Source: an uncultured candidate division Zixibacteria bacterium (GTDB lineage: Bacteria > Zixibacteria > MSB-5A5 > UBA10806 > 4484-95). From it: a stretch of DNA of 64,000 bases. The notes beneath the pieces are model-generated. The model made no database searches, was not told where the DNA came from, and was given only the letters and a program-made list of their open reading frames with translations. The position numbers and the translations under genes are program-made. Positions within the stretch are counted from its first letter, which is position 1, and every line of letters starts with the position of its first letter. The stretch spans positions 128,001 to 192,000 of the forward strand of contig CAXXKA010000005.1 in the NCBI GenBank assembly GCA_963668625.2, in the 5' to 3' direction. Shown here piece after piece: positions 11,052 to 21,446 of the stretch.

Positions 11052-11613
11052 GATTGTCGAAATGATGGCTAATTTCCGTTATCGTTTCAAATACAAAGAT
11101 GAGGCGGTAAATTTCCTGTCATTGACGGGCGGCAAGGATGATTGCCTGGTGTGTATGCCCTCCAGAATGGAACATATGCTATTCGCCTCGACCAAGCTGC
11201 CGGAAATCGCTGCGGTTTTCCCCAATCGTTCGATCAAGATACTGGTCACCTCCAATATCGATCATCGTTCGCACGAATATATCAAGAATTTCTCATTGGA
11301 AAAACCATACTCTTACGATATCACGAATTTCAATCTTCCCAAAAGCACATTCATAGAAAAGTTAAAAGGCAAAGGTACATCGATCTGCATAGATATGGAT
11401 TTTGAACATAACTTTTTCAACTCCGCTGTTTGTTTGAAAACAAATGCGCCGCTTCGTATAGGAGCCAGTAAAGGAATGGGATTGCCATACTACAACCTCG
11501 AAATTGATGTCGGGGATAGAACGAGTATCAATGCCGAATCATATAGCAACTTTATGAATGTCTTATACAATTTTAAGGATAAAGGAGAAAGAGTTGCTCC
11601 TCTCGAAACTTGA
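11038..11613 (+). CDS. Hypothetical protein (GT9-like/DUF6913-like fragment)
   Basis: Overlaps both neighbours; CIDMD...APLRIG...YYNLEI resembles a GT-B N-terminal half. Confidence 0.6.
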   Translation: MKIYKIVEMMANFRYRFKYKDEAVNFLSLTGGKDDCLVCMPSRMEHMLFASTKLPEIAAVFPNRSIKILVTSNIDHRSHEYIKNFSLEKPYSYDITNFNLPKSTFIEKLKGKGTSICIDMDFEHNFFNSAVCLKTNAPLRIGASKGMGLPYYNLEIDVGDRTSINAESYSNFMNVLYNFKDKGERVAPLET

Positions 11614-14600
11614 ATTAAACGGATTCAAATCTTTTCCAGATAGAATAAATCTTCGCTTTGACGAGGGAATAATGGGTGTTGTCGGACCCAACGGTTGCGG
11701 TAAAACCAATATCCTCGACTCTATCAGGTGGGTGCTGGGTGAGCAGCGTAACTCGCTGATTCGCGCCGGTAAAACCGAGGAAGTCATTTTCAATGGAACT
11801 ACCCAGTTGAAACAGGCGGACATGGCAGAGGTCTCGCTGACTATCAAGAACAATCGTGGCGTGTTGCCGTTGGAATACGATGAGGTCGAGGTAACCCGTC
11901 GGCTATTTCGCTCCGGGGAATCGGAGTACTTGCTTAATCGCACTAAATGCCGTTTGAAAGATATCACCAACCTGTTCGCCGATACCGGTATGGGCGCTCA
12001 TGCCTATAGTATTTTCCAGCAGGGCATGGTCGATGCCGTCCTTTCGGATAAAACCGAGGACAGGCGTTATCTGTTCGAGGAGGCGGCCGGTATCACCAAG
12101 TACAAAAACCGTAAAAAAGAGTCGTTAAAGAAACTCGAGAATACCGAAAGCGACCTGATTCGCCTGAGTGATATCATAGCCGAAATAGGCAAAAACGTTC
12201 GCTCGTTACAACGACAGGCTGGTAAAGCCAGAAGTTATAAGCGCATAAAAGAACAACTTCAGGAACTCGAAGTAACGCGAGCCTCCGCCAGGGTGTACGA
12301 CCTTCAGCAAAAATTTACCGACCACGAGCAACAACTCGAGGATAGAAAAGCTCAGAAAGAGGGTTTAAACGCCACGATGGAGTCCGAGGAATCCGCTATA
12401 CAGGAATTGAAATATCAGGTAGACATATTAAACGAGCAGATTACGTCCCAGGCGACGATCGAGGCTAATTTCAGTCAGCAGGCATTGAAAGCCGAAAACA
12501 GCCTGACTACGATTCAAGCACGATTGGATTCGGGCAAGAAAAACGTAGAGCTGTGGGATTCCGAGATAAACGGTTTAAAAGAGCGTATCGAGAATTTGAA
12601 GAATCAAAAAGAGCGCGCCGAAAACGAAAATCGCGAAACCTCCGAGCAGTTATCTTTGCTGAAAGACAGTATTATCGATATAGAAACGAAAGTTATCGAG
12701 GCTAAAGCCGCACTCGATAAATCGCAAGGACGGCTGGAAGAATCGCGAAATAACCTGCACAAATGCGAAAACGAGATGTCAACCGATAATGCCAAACTGG
12801 AAGCCTCGATTACGGCGGTCGAGAGGCTGGCCAACTTAAGCAAAGACCTCGATCAGTCGCTTTTCAAGTATCGCGAGAAGAAAGAGAATTCGCAGGAGAA
12901 TTTAAGCCGCAAAAAGAATGACCTGGAAGCTTGCGAGAACGAGATCGGTTCGATCGATGAGAACATCACCGGCAATCAACGGGAGCATATACGGATCGAT
13001 TCGGAGATAGAGGAATTGCGCCGTCAGATATCATCCGCCCAATCGGAGAAATCCGCAACCGAGGCAAAACTCGAGATGCTATCGAAAATGGTGTTGGAGC
13101 ATGAGGGCTATGGTTCGGGAGTCAAAACATTATTCGCCTGGGAATCGAAACCCGAGGGCATAATCGATACGCTGGCGAATCTGATATCCACGGATAAAGA
13201 ATATTACCAGGCGGTCGAGGCCGCCATGAACGCTTACGGTCAATTGGTCGTTTGCAAAAACCGTCAGGATGCCGAAGCAGGTATAAATTACCTTAAGGAG
13301 AAATCAGCAGGCCGGGTAGTATTTCTAATTCTCGATATGATAGAAAACGGCAATACGGAAAAGGTCTCGTTGAGTGATGATAATTTCATTGGCTCGATCT
13401 CGGATATCATTAAATGCCCCGAAAACCTAGCTCTGGCGATTCAAAAATTATTCGACGGTATCGCGGTGTTCAAAGATAACTCCTCGATTAACGGCTATAA
13501 AGGAGAGGCGGTCGATCTAACGGGCAACTACTACAACGGCCGGGGAATAATAGGCGGTGGTAAATCGAGTGTCACTTTAATCGGGCGCAAAACGGAGCTT
13601 TCGGAACTGGAGGAACTGGCGAGGTCGGTCGAGGATCGCCTGGAAACCCTGCAGGATAATATCGAAACAAAGCGCGAGGAACTACAGAGATCAGCGGTTG
13701 AGGCTGACAGACTTAAGGCCGAGAAGAAATCATTGTTGGGGAAAAGAGAAAGTTTGATCTCCGAGATGACCCGATTGGATTTCGAGTTTCAGGAAAGCGT
13801 AACTCGTCTGACCGAATTGGAAAAAAGCTCAACCGAGGCGGCGGGACAGGCCGAACAGTTGCAGGCGGAGAAAAAAGAGATAGAAAACAGACTCAATGAT
13901 AAAAAGACCAACCATCAGCAAATTGCCGCCGAAATGGAAAATCTCGCTGAAAATCACCGGAATCTGAATGAAAATTACGAAAAAGTTACCTCTGAGTTAA
14001 ACCGAACCCGCCTAAAACTTGTCGAACTAAACGGGCTGGTGCATAAACTGGAAGAGGACAGTCGCAGAATCGCCGAGATGATCGATGAGGCGGGCGTTAT
14101 GATCGAACGCAAGCAGGAGATGATCGGCGAGGAGCAGAAACTCTGGCAGCAGTTCGAACAGGAGATGGAATCTGTCAAGGCTCAGATGACGAAATTGTTC
14201 GAGGCTAAAGATAAAGTTGAGGATGAGAAAAATACCCTCAACAACCAGCGCAGCGATTTGATGACCGCTCTTAACAGCGGAGAAATGAAACTCAAAGAAA
14301 TCCGCACGCAAATTAATAATATCAACGAGGATATTCATCAAAACGAAATGAAATTCGCCGAGTATGAAAACTCCATAAAGACGATAGCCGAACAAATCTT
14401 CCACGAGTACGGCGTCCAGATAAAGGCCGAGCAGCCGGAGGAATACGAAGAGACTCAGCTATTGAATGAAATAGAGGATTTCAAGATCAAGCTCGATCGT
14501 ATCGGCCAGGTGAATATGTTGGCCGATGAGGAGTACAATACCGAAAAAGATCGTCTGGAATTTTTAGAGAAACAGTACGCCGATCTTCAGGAGGCGAAAA

Positions 14601-15115
14601 AATCTCTTTTGGAGGTTATTCAAAAGATCAATAAAACCGCCGAGGAGAAATTCCTCGATACTTTCGATATGGTCAGGGAGAATTTCCAGAATGTTTTCTC
14701 CTCGCTGTTCGAGGGCGGCACAGCCGATATCAAACTGGTTAATCCCGAGGATTTACTCGAGACGCCGATTGATATTATCGCCAGGCCGGGAAGCAAGAAA
14801 ACCGTTTCCGTAAACCAGCTTTCAGGCGGTGAAAGGGCGCTTACCGCTATCTCGCTGCTGTTCTCTATCTACATGGTCAAGCCCAGCCCGTTCTGTATCC
14901 TGGATGAGATAGACGCGCCGCTGGATGATTCGAACGTGACCCGGTTCTTGAAATTGATCAATAAGTTCACTCACTCGACTCAATTTATTGTCATTACTCA
15001 CAACAAGAAAACGATGGAAGCGGCCGATTTATTATATGGAATCACTATGGAAAGACCCGGCGTCTCCAATATCGTATCAGTCAAATTCAATGGGAATGCA
15101 GTAGAACATGTTTAA
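11594..15115 (+). CDS. smc: Chromosome segregation protein SMC
   Basis: GFKSF, GPNGCGKTN, coiled coils, hinge, LSGGE, LDEIDAPLD; TTG start after a GGAG SD. Confidence 0.97.
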   Translation: MLLSKLELNGFKSFPDRINLRFDEGIMGVVGPNGCGKTNILDSIRWVLGEQRNSLIRAGKTEEVIFNGTTQLKQADMAEVSLTIKNNRGVLPLEYDEVEVTRRLFRSGESEYLLNRTKCRLKDITNLFADTGMGAHAYSIFQQGMVDAVLSDKTEDRRYLFEEAAGITKYKNRKKESLKKLENTESDLIRLSDIIAEIGKNVRSLQRQAGKARSYKRIKEQLQELEVTRASARVYDLQQKFTDHEQQLEDRKAQKEGLNATMESEESAIQELKYQVDILNEQITSQATIEANFSQQALKAENSLTTIQARLDSGKKNVELWDSEINGLKERIENLKNQKERAENENRETSEQLSLLKDSIIDIETKVIEAKAALDKSQGRLEESRNNLHKCENEMSTDNAKLEASITAVERLANLSKDLDQSLFKYREKKENSQENLSRKKNDLEACENEIGSIDENITGNQREHIRIDSEIEELRRQISSAQSEKSATEAKLEMLSKMVLEHEGYGSGVKTLFAWESKPEGIIDTLANLISTDKEYYQAVEAAMNAYGQLVVCKNRQDAEAGINYLKEKSAGRVVFLILDMIENGNTEKVSLSDDNFIGSISDIIKCPENLALAIQKLFDGIAVFKDNSSINGYKGEAVDLTGNYYNGRGIIGGGKSSVTLIGRKTELSELEELARSVEDRLETLQDNIETKREELQRSAVEADRLKAEKKSLLGKRESLISEMTRLDFEFQESVTRLTELEKSSTEAAGQAEQLQAEKKEIENRLNDKKTNHQQIAAEMENLAENHRNLNENYEKVTSELNRTRLKLVELNGLVHKLEEDSRRIAEMIDEAGVMIERKQEMIGEEQKLWQQFEQEMESVKAQMTKLFEAKDKVEDEKNTLNNQRSDLMTALNSGEMKLKEIRTQINNINEDIHQNEMKFAEYENSIKTIAEQIFHEYGVQIKAEQPEEYEETQLLNEIEDFKIKLDRIGQVNMLADEEYNTEKDRLEFLEKQYADLQEAKKSLLEVIQKINKTAEEKFLDTFDMVRENFQNVFSSLFEGGTADIKLVNPEDLLETPIDIIARPGSKKTVSVNQLSGGERALTAISLLFSIYMVKPSPFCILDEIDAPLDDSNVTRFLKLINKFTHSTQFIVITHNKKTMEAADLLYGITMERPGVSNIVSVKFNGNAVEHV

Positions 15116-15989
15116 TAGATTCAAGAAAGGCCTGGAGAAGACCCGCAAGGGGCTCCTGGGCTCGATCGGCGGTTTGTTCGGTAAGAAAATCGATGATGAA
15201 ACGCTGGAGGAACTTGAGGAAAGCCTAATCTTAGCCGATGTTGGCCCGGCGCCGGCATCGGAGATAATAGAGGTGATGCGCAAACGGAAGAACGAGGATC
15301 CGGCGCAGATTTTAAAAGATGAGATATTTAATCGCGTTAACCTTGAGATACCGGAAAACAATAACGGAGAGATCAAGCCGCATGTGATCCTGTTCGTCGG
15401 CGTGAACGGCACCGGCAAGACCACATCGATAGGCAAACTGGCACATAAGTTCATTAAAGATAATAAAAGCGTGCTTATGGCGGCAGCCGATACGTTCAGA
15501 GCGGCGGCCTCCGAGCAACTCGATTTGTGGGCCGAACGAACCGGCGCGCAGATAATAAAATCGGTGCTTGGCGCCGATCCGGCCTCGGTCGCTTTCGATG
15601 CTATCAAAGCCGGGTTGGCTCGCAGATCCGATTACGTGTTAATCGATACCGCAGGCAGGTTACAGACTAAAACCAATCTCATGGAGGAACTGAAAAAAAT
15701 TCATCGCGTATGCGAAAAAGCGATGCCCGGCTCGCCGCATGAGATATGGTTGGTATTGGATGCCTCGATCGGTCAGAACAGTTTCTCGCAGGTGGAGCTG
15801 TTCAACCAGGCTATAGGCTTGACCGGGCTGGTGTTATCCAAGCTGGATGGCACCTCGAAAGGCGGCGCGATTATCGCGATCTCCGAAAAATATAAAATAC
15901 CTGTCAGATATATAGGTCTGGGCGAGGGAGTCGATGATATCGAAAAATTCGATCCGAAACAATTCGCCGAGGCATTGGTAGAAAAATGA
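15108..15989 (+). CDS. ftsY: SRP receptor FtsY
   Basis: GVNGTGKTT, DTFRAAA, DTAGRL, SKLDGTSKGG motifs. Confidence 0.97.
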   Translation: MFNRFKKGLEKTRKGLLGSIGGLFGKKIDDETLEELEESLILADVGPAPASEIIEVMRKRKNEDPAQILKDEIFNRVNLEIPENNNGEIKPHVILFVGVNGTGKTTSIGKLAHKFIKDNKSVLMAAADTFRAAASEQLDLWAERTGAQIIKSVLGADPASVAFDAIKAGLARRSDYVLIDTAGRLQTKTNLMEELKKIHRVCEKAMPGSPHEIWLVLDASIGQNSFSQVELFNQAIGLTGLVLSKLDGTSKGGAIIAISEKYKIPVRYIGLGEGVDDIEKFDPKQFAEALVEK

Positions 15990-16378
15990 TAGAACTCGGT
16001 GTTAAAACCTCCGCCAGAAATCAGATGGTAAATATTACGAGCGAGGTGTCGAAAAATATCCCTGCCGGTTATACCGGGCATGCGATGGTTTACGTGCCGC
16101 ATACCACGGCCGCGGTTACAATCAACGAGGGCGCTGATCCCTCGGTGCAAAGTGATATTCTCGGTTACCTTTCGGAGTTGATACCGAATCATCCCGGCTT
16201 TACTCATGCCGAGGGCAATTCCGACTCGCATATCAAATCGAGTCTGGTGGGCAACACTGTTAATCTGATCGTAGAAAACGGCAGGATAATACTGGGAACA
16301 TGGCAGGCAATTTATTTCTGTGAATTCGATGGTCCAAGAAATAGAAAGGTGTATTTAAGTTTAAGTGAAAAAGCTTAA
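15986..16378 (+). CDS. yjbQ: YjbQ/UPF0047 family protein
   Basis: PHTTAAVTINE, HAEGNSDSHIK, LGTWQ, EFDGPR motifs. Confidence 0.93.
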   Translation: MIELGVKTSARNQMVNITSEVSKNIPAGYTGHAMVYVPHTTAAVTINEGADPSVQSDILGYLSELIPNHPGFTHAEGNSDSHIKSSLVGNTVNLIVENGRIILGTWQAIYFCEFDGPRNRKVYLSLSEKA

Positions 16379-16844
16379 GGCAAAACTAACGATAATCGGC
16401 AAACTTCATGATGGCTATGCCAAAGAGTGGGCTGAACATTATATCAAGCTTCTCGACAAATACACCCAGCTCGAGATTAAATACCTCAAAGAGGAGAAAC
16501 TCAACGAGGGCAAAAACGAGGCTGAGGTGTTAAGGCGCGAAAGCGAGCGTATAATCGAGGAAGTTAAAACCGGCGACTTTTTAGTCATTCTCGATAAAAC
16601 CGGCAAAAAATTCAAATCAGTGGATTTCGCTAAGTTCGTCGAGTCGTACTATCAGCGCAGTGATGTGATCTTGCATTTCGTCATCGGCGGAGCTATCGGG
16701 GTTTCGGAACAAATCCTGAAATTCGCGGATATGAAGCTGGCGATGTCGGACATGACATTCCCGCATCAGATGGCGGCTGTTTTATTCTTAGAGCAGCTTT
16801 ATCGGGCGATAAGCCTGATACACGGTTTGCCGTATCACAAGTAA
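16365..16844 (+). CDS. rlmH: 23S rRNA m3Psi1915 methyltransferase
   Basis: FVIGG, MTFPHQ, EQLYRA, PYHK motifs. Confidence 0.95.
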   Translation: MKKLKAKLTIIGKLHDGYAKEWAEHYIKLLDKYTQLEIKYLKEEKLNEGKNEAEVLRRESERIIEEVKTGDFLVILDKTGKKFKSVDFAKFVESYYQRSDVILHFVIGGAIGVSEQILKFADMKLAMSDMTFPHQMAAVLFLEQLYRAISLIHGLPYHK

Positions 16845-17000
16845 TCTTTTATTATCCCCCCTGAAATAACAGAGCAGTGTTCATCCCGCTGTGGTTTGGA
16901 CGTTTTATGCTATTGGGTGAAATGTGGGTTGGTCGGGAACCACGGCTTGCAACAAAGCTAATTGGCAACTGATTCGATTACTTGAACCTGCAAGATTCAT

Positions 17001-17027
17001 TGTCGTCCCGGACTTGACCAGGGATTC
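17001..17027 (+). repeat. Degenerate GTCATCCCGGACTTGATCCGGGATC-type palindrome
   Basis: TGTCGTCCCGGACTTGACCAGGGATTC. Confidence 0.45.
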
Positions 17028-17187
17028 AGGGGTAATGGAAGCAAAGGTTTATTATCAATCAGCCCATGCAATTGATGTTTGCAATTCCATAGGCGGGCGA
17101 ATCTGATATCCAAATCGAGTATTGAATGACTTGATAAGCCCTGAATCCACTCTGGAACCTCGCCATCATTTACGCCGTTTTATTGGC

Positions 17188-17216
17188 TTGACACATTCGT
17201 GTCTAAAATATATATT
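17188..17216 (+). promoter_or_regulatory. sigma70 promoter of the rib operon
   Basis: TTGACA-N17-TATATT immediately before the riboswitch. Confidence 0.75.
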
Positions 17217-17222
17217 CTGGAT

Positions 17223-17336
17223 GTCTTCAGGGTGAGGCGAAAATCCTCGACCGGCGGTTAAAGCCCGCGAGCCCCAATATTGGGGTTGAACCTGTGAAAT
17301 TCAGGCGCCGACGGTATAGTCCGGATGGGAGAAGAC
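17223..17336 (+). ncRNA. FMN riboswitch (RFN element)
   Basis: GTCTTCAGGG...GCGAAA...ACCGGCGGT-TAAAGCCCGCG...GCCGACGGTATAGTCCGGATGGGAGAAGAC upstream of ribD. Confidence 0.97.
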
Positions 17337-17371
17337 GAGTTCAGGTGTTATACCTGTATATTCGTATCCCT

Positions 17372-17392
17372 GCCCTGAGTAGGGTTTTTTTT
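17372..17392 (+). terminator. Riboswitch expression-platform terminator
   Basis: GCCCT-GAGT-AGGGT followed by a T run directly abutting the ribD ATG. Confidence 0.65.
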
Positions 17393-18481
17393 ATGAAATA
17401 CGAATCTGACAACGAAAGAATGATGGCCAAGGCGCTAAGCCTGGCGAAAAAAGCGGTGGGCTATACCTCGCCCAATCCGGCCGTCGGCTGCGTAATAGCC
17501 AAAGATGGCCAGATTATCGCCAGTGACTACCATCACCGGGCAGGCCAACCGCACGCTGAGGCGCTGGCGCTGGCCAAAGCCGGCGATAATGCACGCGGCG
17601 CAACGCTTTATGTCACTTTAGAGCCTTGCTGCACATTCGGCAAAACACCGCCTTGCACGGATTCTATCATATCTTCAGGTATCAAGAAAGTCGTTATAGG
17701 CACACTTGATCCCAATCCTCGCGTTAATGGCAAAGGTGCGGAAATTCTCCACAAAACAGGCATAGAGACAGTAATCGGCGTACTGGAGCCCAGATGCCGC
17801 GAGCTTAATCTCGCCTACAACAAATTCATCTCCACCGGCTTGCCGCTTGTCACGATTAAATACGCGCAAAGCCTGGATGGTAGAATCGCCACCAGAAGCG
17901 GAAGTTCTCAGTGGATATCCTCGCCGGATTCACTGAAACTGGCGCATAAACTTAGAGCTACTCATGATTCTATCCTGGTGGGGGCGAATACCGCCAACAT
18001 TGATAATCCCCGCCTGACAGTGAGGCATCTTAAAGGTAAAAACCCTCTTCGTATAGTGCTTTCTCGCTCCGGCAATCTCAAAGACGATCTCAATATTATA
18101 AATGATAACTCCACGAAAACACTGATTGTCACCTCGGACGAGGGAAGATCGCAGGCGGAGAAGCTGGTTAACGATCATGTCGAACTCATGACTGTCCCAT
18201 TAACTGGCAACCAGTTTAATCTTCAACAATTGCTACTTAAACTTGCCGCCAGATGTATCACCTCAGTACTGATAGAAGGCGGCTCAGGCGTAATCACCGG
18301 TTTCCTCAAGCAGAAGATGGCCGATAAGATGGTGATAATCTCCGCCCCGATATTCATAGGCGAGGGTATAAATGCGGTCGGCGATCTGGGAATCGACAAA
18401 TTAGAAAATGCATTTAAGCTGACAAATATTACTCAAACAAAATACGGCCCGGATTGCGCCATGATAGGGGATATTATCTAG
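17393..18481 (+). CDS. ribD: Riboflavin deaminase/reductase RibD
   Basis: PNPAVG, HAE, TLEPC, PPC, SLDGRIA, EGG motifs. Confidence 0.97.
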   Translation: MKYESDNERMMAKALSLAKKAVGYTSPNPAVGCVIAKDGQIIASDYHHRAGQPHAEALALAKAGDNARGATLYVTLEPCCTFGKTPPCTDSIISSGIKKVVIGTLDPNPRVNGKGAEILHKTGIETVIGVLEPRCRELNLAYNKFISTGLPLVTIKYAQSLDGRIATRSGSSQWISSPDSLKLAHKLRATHDSILVGANTANIDNPRLTVRHLKGKNPLRIVLSRSGNLKDDLNIINDNSTKTLIVTSDEGRSQAEKLVNDHVELMTVPLTGNQFNLQQLLLKLAARCITSVLIEGGSGVITGFLKQKMADKMVIISAPIFIGEGINAVGDLGIDKLENAFKLTNITQTKYGPDCAMIGDII

Positions 18482-19120
18482 ATGTTTACCGGTATTATAC
18501 AGGAACTCGGGACGATTATGCAGGCACGCCGCTCGGGGGATGGTCTGGCACTCAAGATCGAGGCCCCGAAATCCTCTCCGAGGCTAAACAAAGGCGATAG
18601 TATCTGCATAAATGGCGCCTGTCAATCGGCAACTATGATTGATAGTTCGTGGTTTGAGGTATATGCCATGCCCGAGACAATCAAGCGTACGACATTCAGG
18701 AATTTCAAGCCGGCTGATAAGGTCAATCTCGAGTTGCCGCTTACCTTGAATGACCCATTGGGCGGGCATCTGGTAGCAGGGCATGTGGATGAAATCGGGC
18801 GTATAGCCAGTTTCGATCCAACCGGCGGCAGCAATATATTGAAGATTGAATTCGATAAGGCAAACCGGAAATACATGATCGAGAAAGGCTCGGTTGCCAT
18901 CGATGGTATCAGCTTGACCGTGTTCGATATCAGCGAGACGCAGTTCTCTATCTCTTGGATACCGGAGACGATCGAAAACACGGTGCTTAAATATCGTAAG
19001 GTCGGGGATGAGGTGAATCTCGAATTCGACATGCTTGGGAAATACATAGAAAACTTCATCACCGGCAAAGGTGATGGTTTAACGATAGACATGCTAAATA
19101 AACATGGATTTTTGAGGTAA
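18482..19120 (+). CDS. ribE: Riboflavin synthase
   Basis: MFTGII start, GGHLVAGHVD, KGSVAIDGISLT. Confidence 0.96.
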   Translation: MFTGIIQELGTIMQARRSGDGLALKIEAPKSSPRLNKGDSICINGACQSATMIDSSWFEVYAMPETIKRTTFRNFKPADKVNLELPLTLNDPLGGHLVAGHVDEIGRIASFDPTGGSNILKIEFDKANRKYMIEKGSVAIDGISLTVFDISETQFSISWIPETIENTVLKYRKVGDEVNLEFDMLGKYIENFITGKGDGLTIDMLNKHGFLR

Positions 19121-19124
19121 TACA

Positions 19125-20381
19125 ATGACAGATTTCGATAGAGTAGAGGAAGCGATTCAAGATATCAAAGACGGTAAAATAATTATCGTTTGCGATGACG
19201 AGGATCGCGAGAACGAGGGGGATATGGTAATGGCCGCCGAGAAGGTCACCCCGGAGGCGGTTAATTTTATCAGCAAGTACGCGCGTGGTTTAATGTGCGT
19301 ACCTATGCCCATCGATTTAGCCGAGAAGTATCAGCTAAACCAGATGGTTTCGGTGAACACCGCTCCCCTGGGCACACGATTCACTGTCTCGGTGGACTAC
19401 CTGAAAGGGACATCAACCGGTATCTCGGCATTCGATCGCGCTGCGACGGTGACCGCTTTAGCCGATGAGAACGCTCCCCCGGAGGATTTCGGACGACCCG
19501 GGCATATATTCCCGCTTCAGGCTGCCGATGGCGGCGTACTTTCCCGCGCCGGGCATACCGAGGCCTCGATTGACCTGGCAAAAATGGCCGGCTTGAAACC
19601 GGTAGGATTTTTATGCGAGGTATTGGACGAGGACGGTTCGATGGCCCGCGTGCCCCGCTTGATGGAGATAGCCGAGAAGTTCGATATGAAAATCATCACG
19701 ATTAAGGACCTGATCGCCTACCGTCGCCGCCACGAGAAACTGGTGAAAAAAGTTGAGATAGTGGATATGCCTACCAAGTTCGGGCATTTCACCCTTCACC
19801 TGTACGAAAGTTTAATCGATGACCATCACCACCTGGCAATTGCCAAGGGCGATATCAGTGGTGAGCAGGATGTTTTGGTCCGCGTGCATTCATCATGCTT
19901 AACCGGCGATGTTTTAGGTTCGTGTCGATGCGATTGTGGCGAGCAGTTACACGCCGCCATGCAGATGATCGAGAAAGAGGGCAAAGGCCTGGTGCTGTAC
20001 ATGCGTCAGGAGGGCAGAGGTATCGGCCTGGCCAACAAGATCAAAGCGTATAAACTTCAGGAAAACGGCCGCGATACGGTTGAGGCCAATGTCGAACTGG
20101 GATTCAAGGCCGATTTACGCGACTACGGTATCGGTGCGCAGATACTGGCCGATATGGGTCTTTCGACTATCAAGCTTATTACCAATAATCCTCGCAAAGT
20201 GGTTGGTTTGCAGGGCTACGGTTTGAAAGTAGTCGAACGCGTGCCGATGAGCATAAAGCCCAACAAGTTCAACCTTCGCTATTTGGAAACAAAACGTGAT
20301 AAACTAGGACATATACTTGCCGACAGCGCAGCTTCGTTAAGCTCCTGTTGCGGGAGGGATGATGATGGAATTTGCAGGTAA
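19125..20381 (+). CDS. ribBA: Bifunctional DHBP synthase/GTP cyclohydrolase II
   Basis: [36 protein letters not shown] motifs. Confidence 0.97.
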   Translation: MTDFDRVEEAIQDIKDGKIIIVCDDEDRENEGDMVMAAEKVTPEAVNFISKYARGLMCVPMPIDLAEKYQLNQMVSVNTAPLGTRFTVSVDYLKGTSTGISAFDRAATVTALADENAPPEDFGRPGHIFPLQAADGGVLSRAGHTEASIDLAKMAGLKPVGFLCEVLDEDGSMARVPRLMEIAEKFDMKIITIKDLIAYRRRHEKLVKKVEIVDMPTKFGHFTLHLYESLIDDHHHLAIAKGDISGEQDVLVRVHSSCLTGDVLGSCRCDCGEQLHAAMQMIEKEGKGLVLYMRQEGRGIGLANKIKAYKLQENGRDTVEANVELGFKADLRDYGIGAQILADMGLSTIKLITNNPRKVVGLQGYGLKVVERVPMSIKPNKFNLRYLETKRDKLGHILADSAASLSSCCGRDDDGICR

Positions 20382-20823
20382 ACTAAACGCCGAGGGAATG
20401 AAGTTCGGTATAATCGTTTCCCGATTCAATGAGTTTTTCTCCGAGAAATTAATGGAGGGCGCTCTGGACGGGTTAAAACGTCACGGTGCTGATGACGAGG
20501 CAATCGATATCATCCGCGTGCCCGGCTCGTTCGAGATCCCTTATGCCGCCTCGAGAATAGCCGGGATGAACAAGTACGATTCGATTATCTGCCTGGGCGT
20601 GGTGATAAAAGGCCATACGCCGCATTATGAATATATCAACAATGAGGTAGCCAAGGGTGTGGCCAAGCTTTCGCTCGATCACAATATGCCCATAATTTTC
20701 GGGCTGGTTACCGCCGATACACTGGAGCAAGCGATAGAACGCTGTGGCTCGAAATCGGGCAACAAGGGTTACTCGGCGGCTATGACAGCTATCGAGATGG
20801 TCAACCTGTTTAAGACATTATAA
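20359..20823 (+). CDS. ribH: Lumazine synthase
   Basis: [22 protein letters not shown] motifs. Confidence 0.97.
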   Translation: MMMEFAGKLNAEGMKFGIIVSRFNEFFSEKLMEGALDGLKRHGADDEAIDIIRVPGSFEIPYAASRIAGMNKYDSIICLGVVIKGHTPHYEYINNEVAKGVAKLSLDHNMPIIFGLVTADTLEQAIERCGSKSGNKGYSAAMTAIEMVNLFKTL

Positions 20824-20824
20824 G

Positions 20825-21241
20825 ATGGGCCAAAGACATAAAGCGAGATGCGTCGTACTCGAGGTATTGTATTCCGTAGAGGTTGGAGCGGCCGAAAAAG
20901 TCAAATCCAATCTCGAATACTGCTCTGACCTTCATAATTTAGCCGATGAGGGCAGAGAGTTCGCCACCAAGCTTTTCGATACGGTTTTCAATAACCTCGA
21001 GGCTATCGATGAGATACTAAAACAGCATATAAAAAACTGGGATATAAACCGCCTGGCGATTGTCGATAAAAACGTGCTCAGGCTGGGTGTCGGTGAGATT
21101 AAGTTTTTCCCCGAGACGCCGGTGAAAGTCGCCATCGATGAATCTATCGAGTTGGCCAAGCGTTATGGCTCGGCCGATTCCGGGCGGTTCGTAAACGGTG
21201 TTCTGGATGCTATCTGCGAGGATGACGAGTTAAAAGGCTAG
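20825..21241 (+). CDS. nusB: Antitermination factor NusB
   Basis: RHKAR, WDINRL, AIDESIELAK, FVNGVLD motifs; follows ribH. Confidence 0.95.
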   Translation: MGQRHKARCVVLEVLYSVEVGAAEKVKSNLEYCSDLHNLADEGREFATKLFDTVFNNLEAIDEILKQHIKNWDINRLAIVDKNVLRLGVGEIKFFPETPVKVAIDESIELAKRYGSADSGRFVNGVLDAICEDDELKG

Positions 21242-21338
21242 CCAAGCTTGAACAGTCGTCATCCCTTTGTTCTATTCCAACGTATTTTTTGATTTTAAAA
21301 GCGTATAGCTTAATTGTATAGTTGCAGGCATTTTTCTC

Positions 21339-21367
21339 TTGACAAACAAGAACTGCAATACCATATT
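21339..21367 (+). promoter_or_regulatory. Candidate sigma70 promoter for the island
   Basis: TTGACA-N17-CATATT. Confidence 0.45.
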
Positions 21368-21446
21368 TTATTATTGGTCGTTTAACAATAAAATAAAGTA
21401 TATTATTATTTGAAATTATGAAGAAATTTTAGAAGAGCGTATAGCC

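Noticed and set aside
17294-17392. N-terminal extension of RibD in the ORF track
   Set aside because: It is the translated FMN riboswitch and terminator
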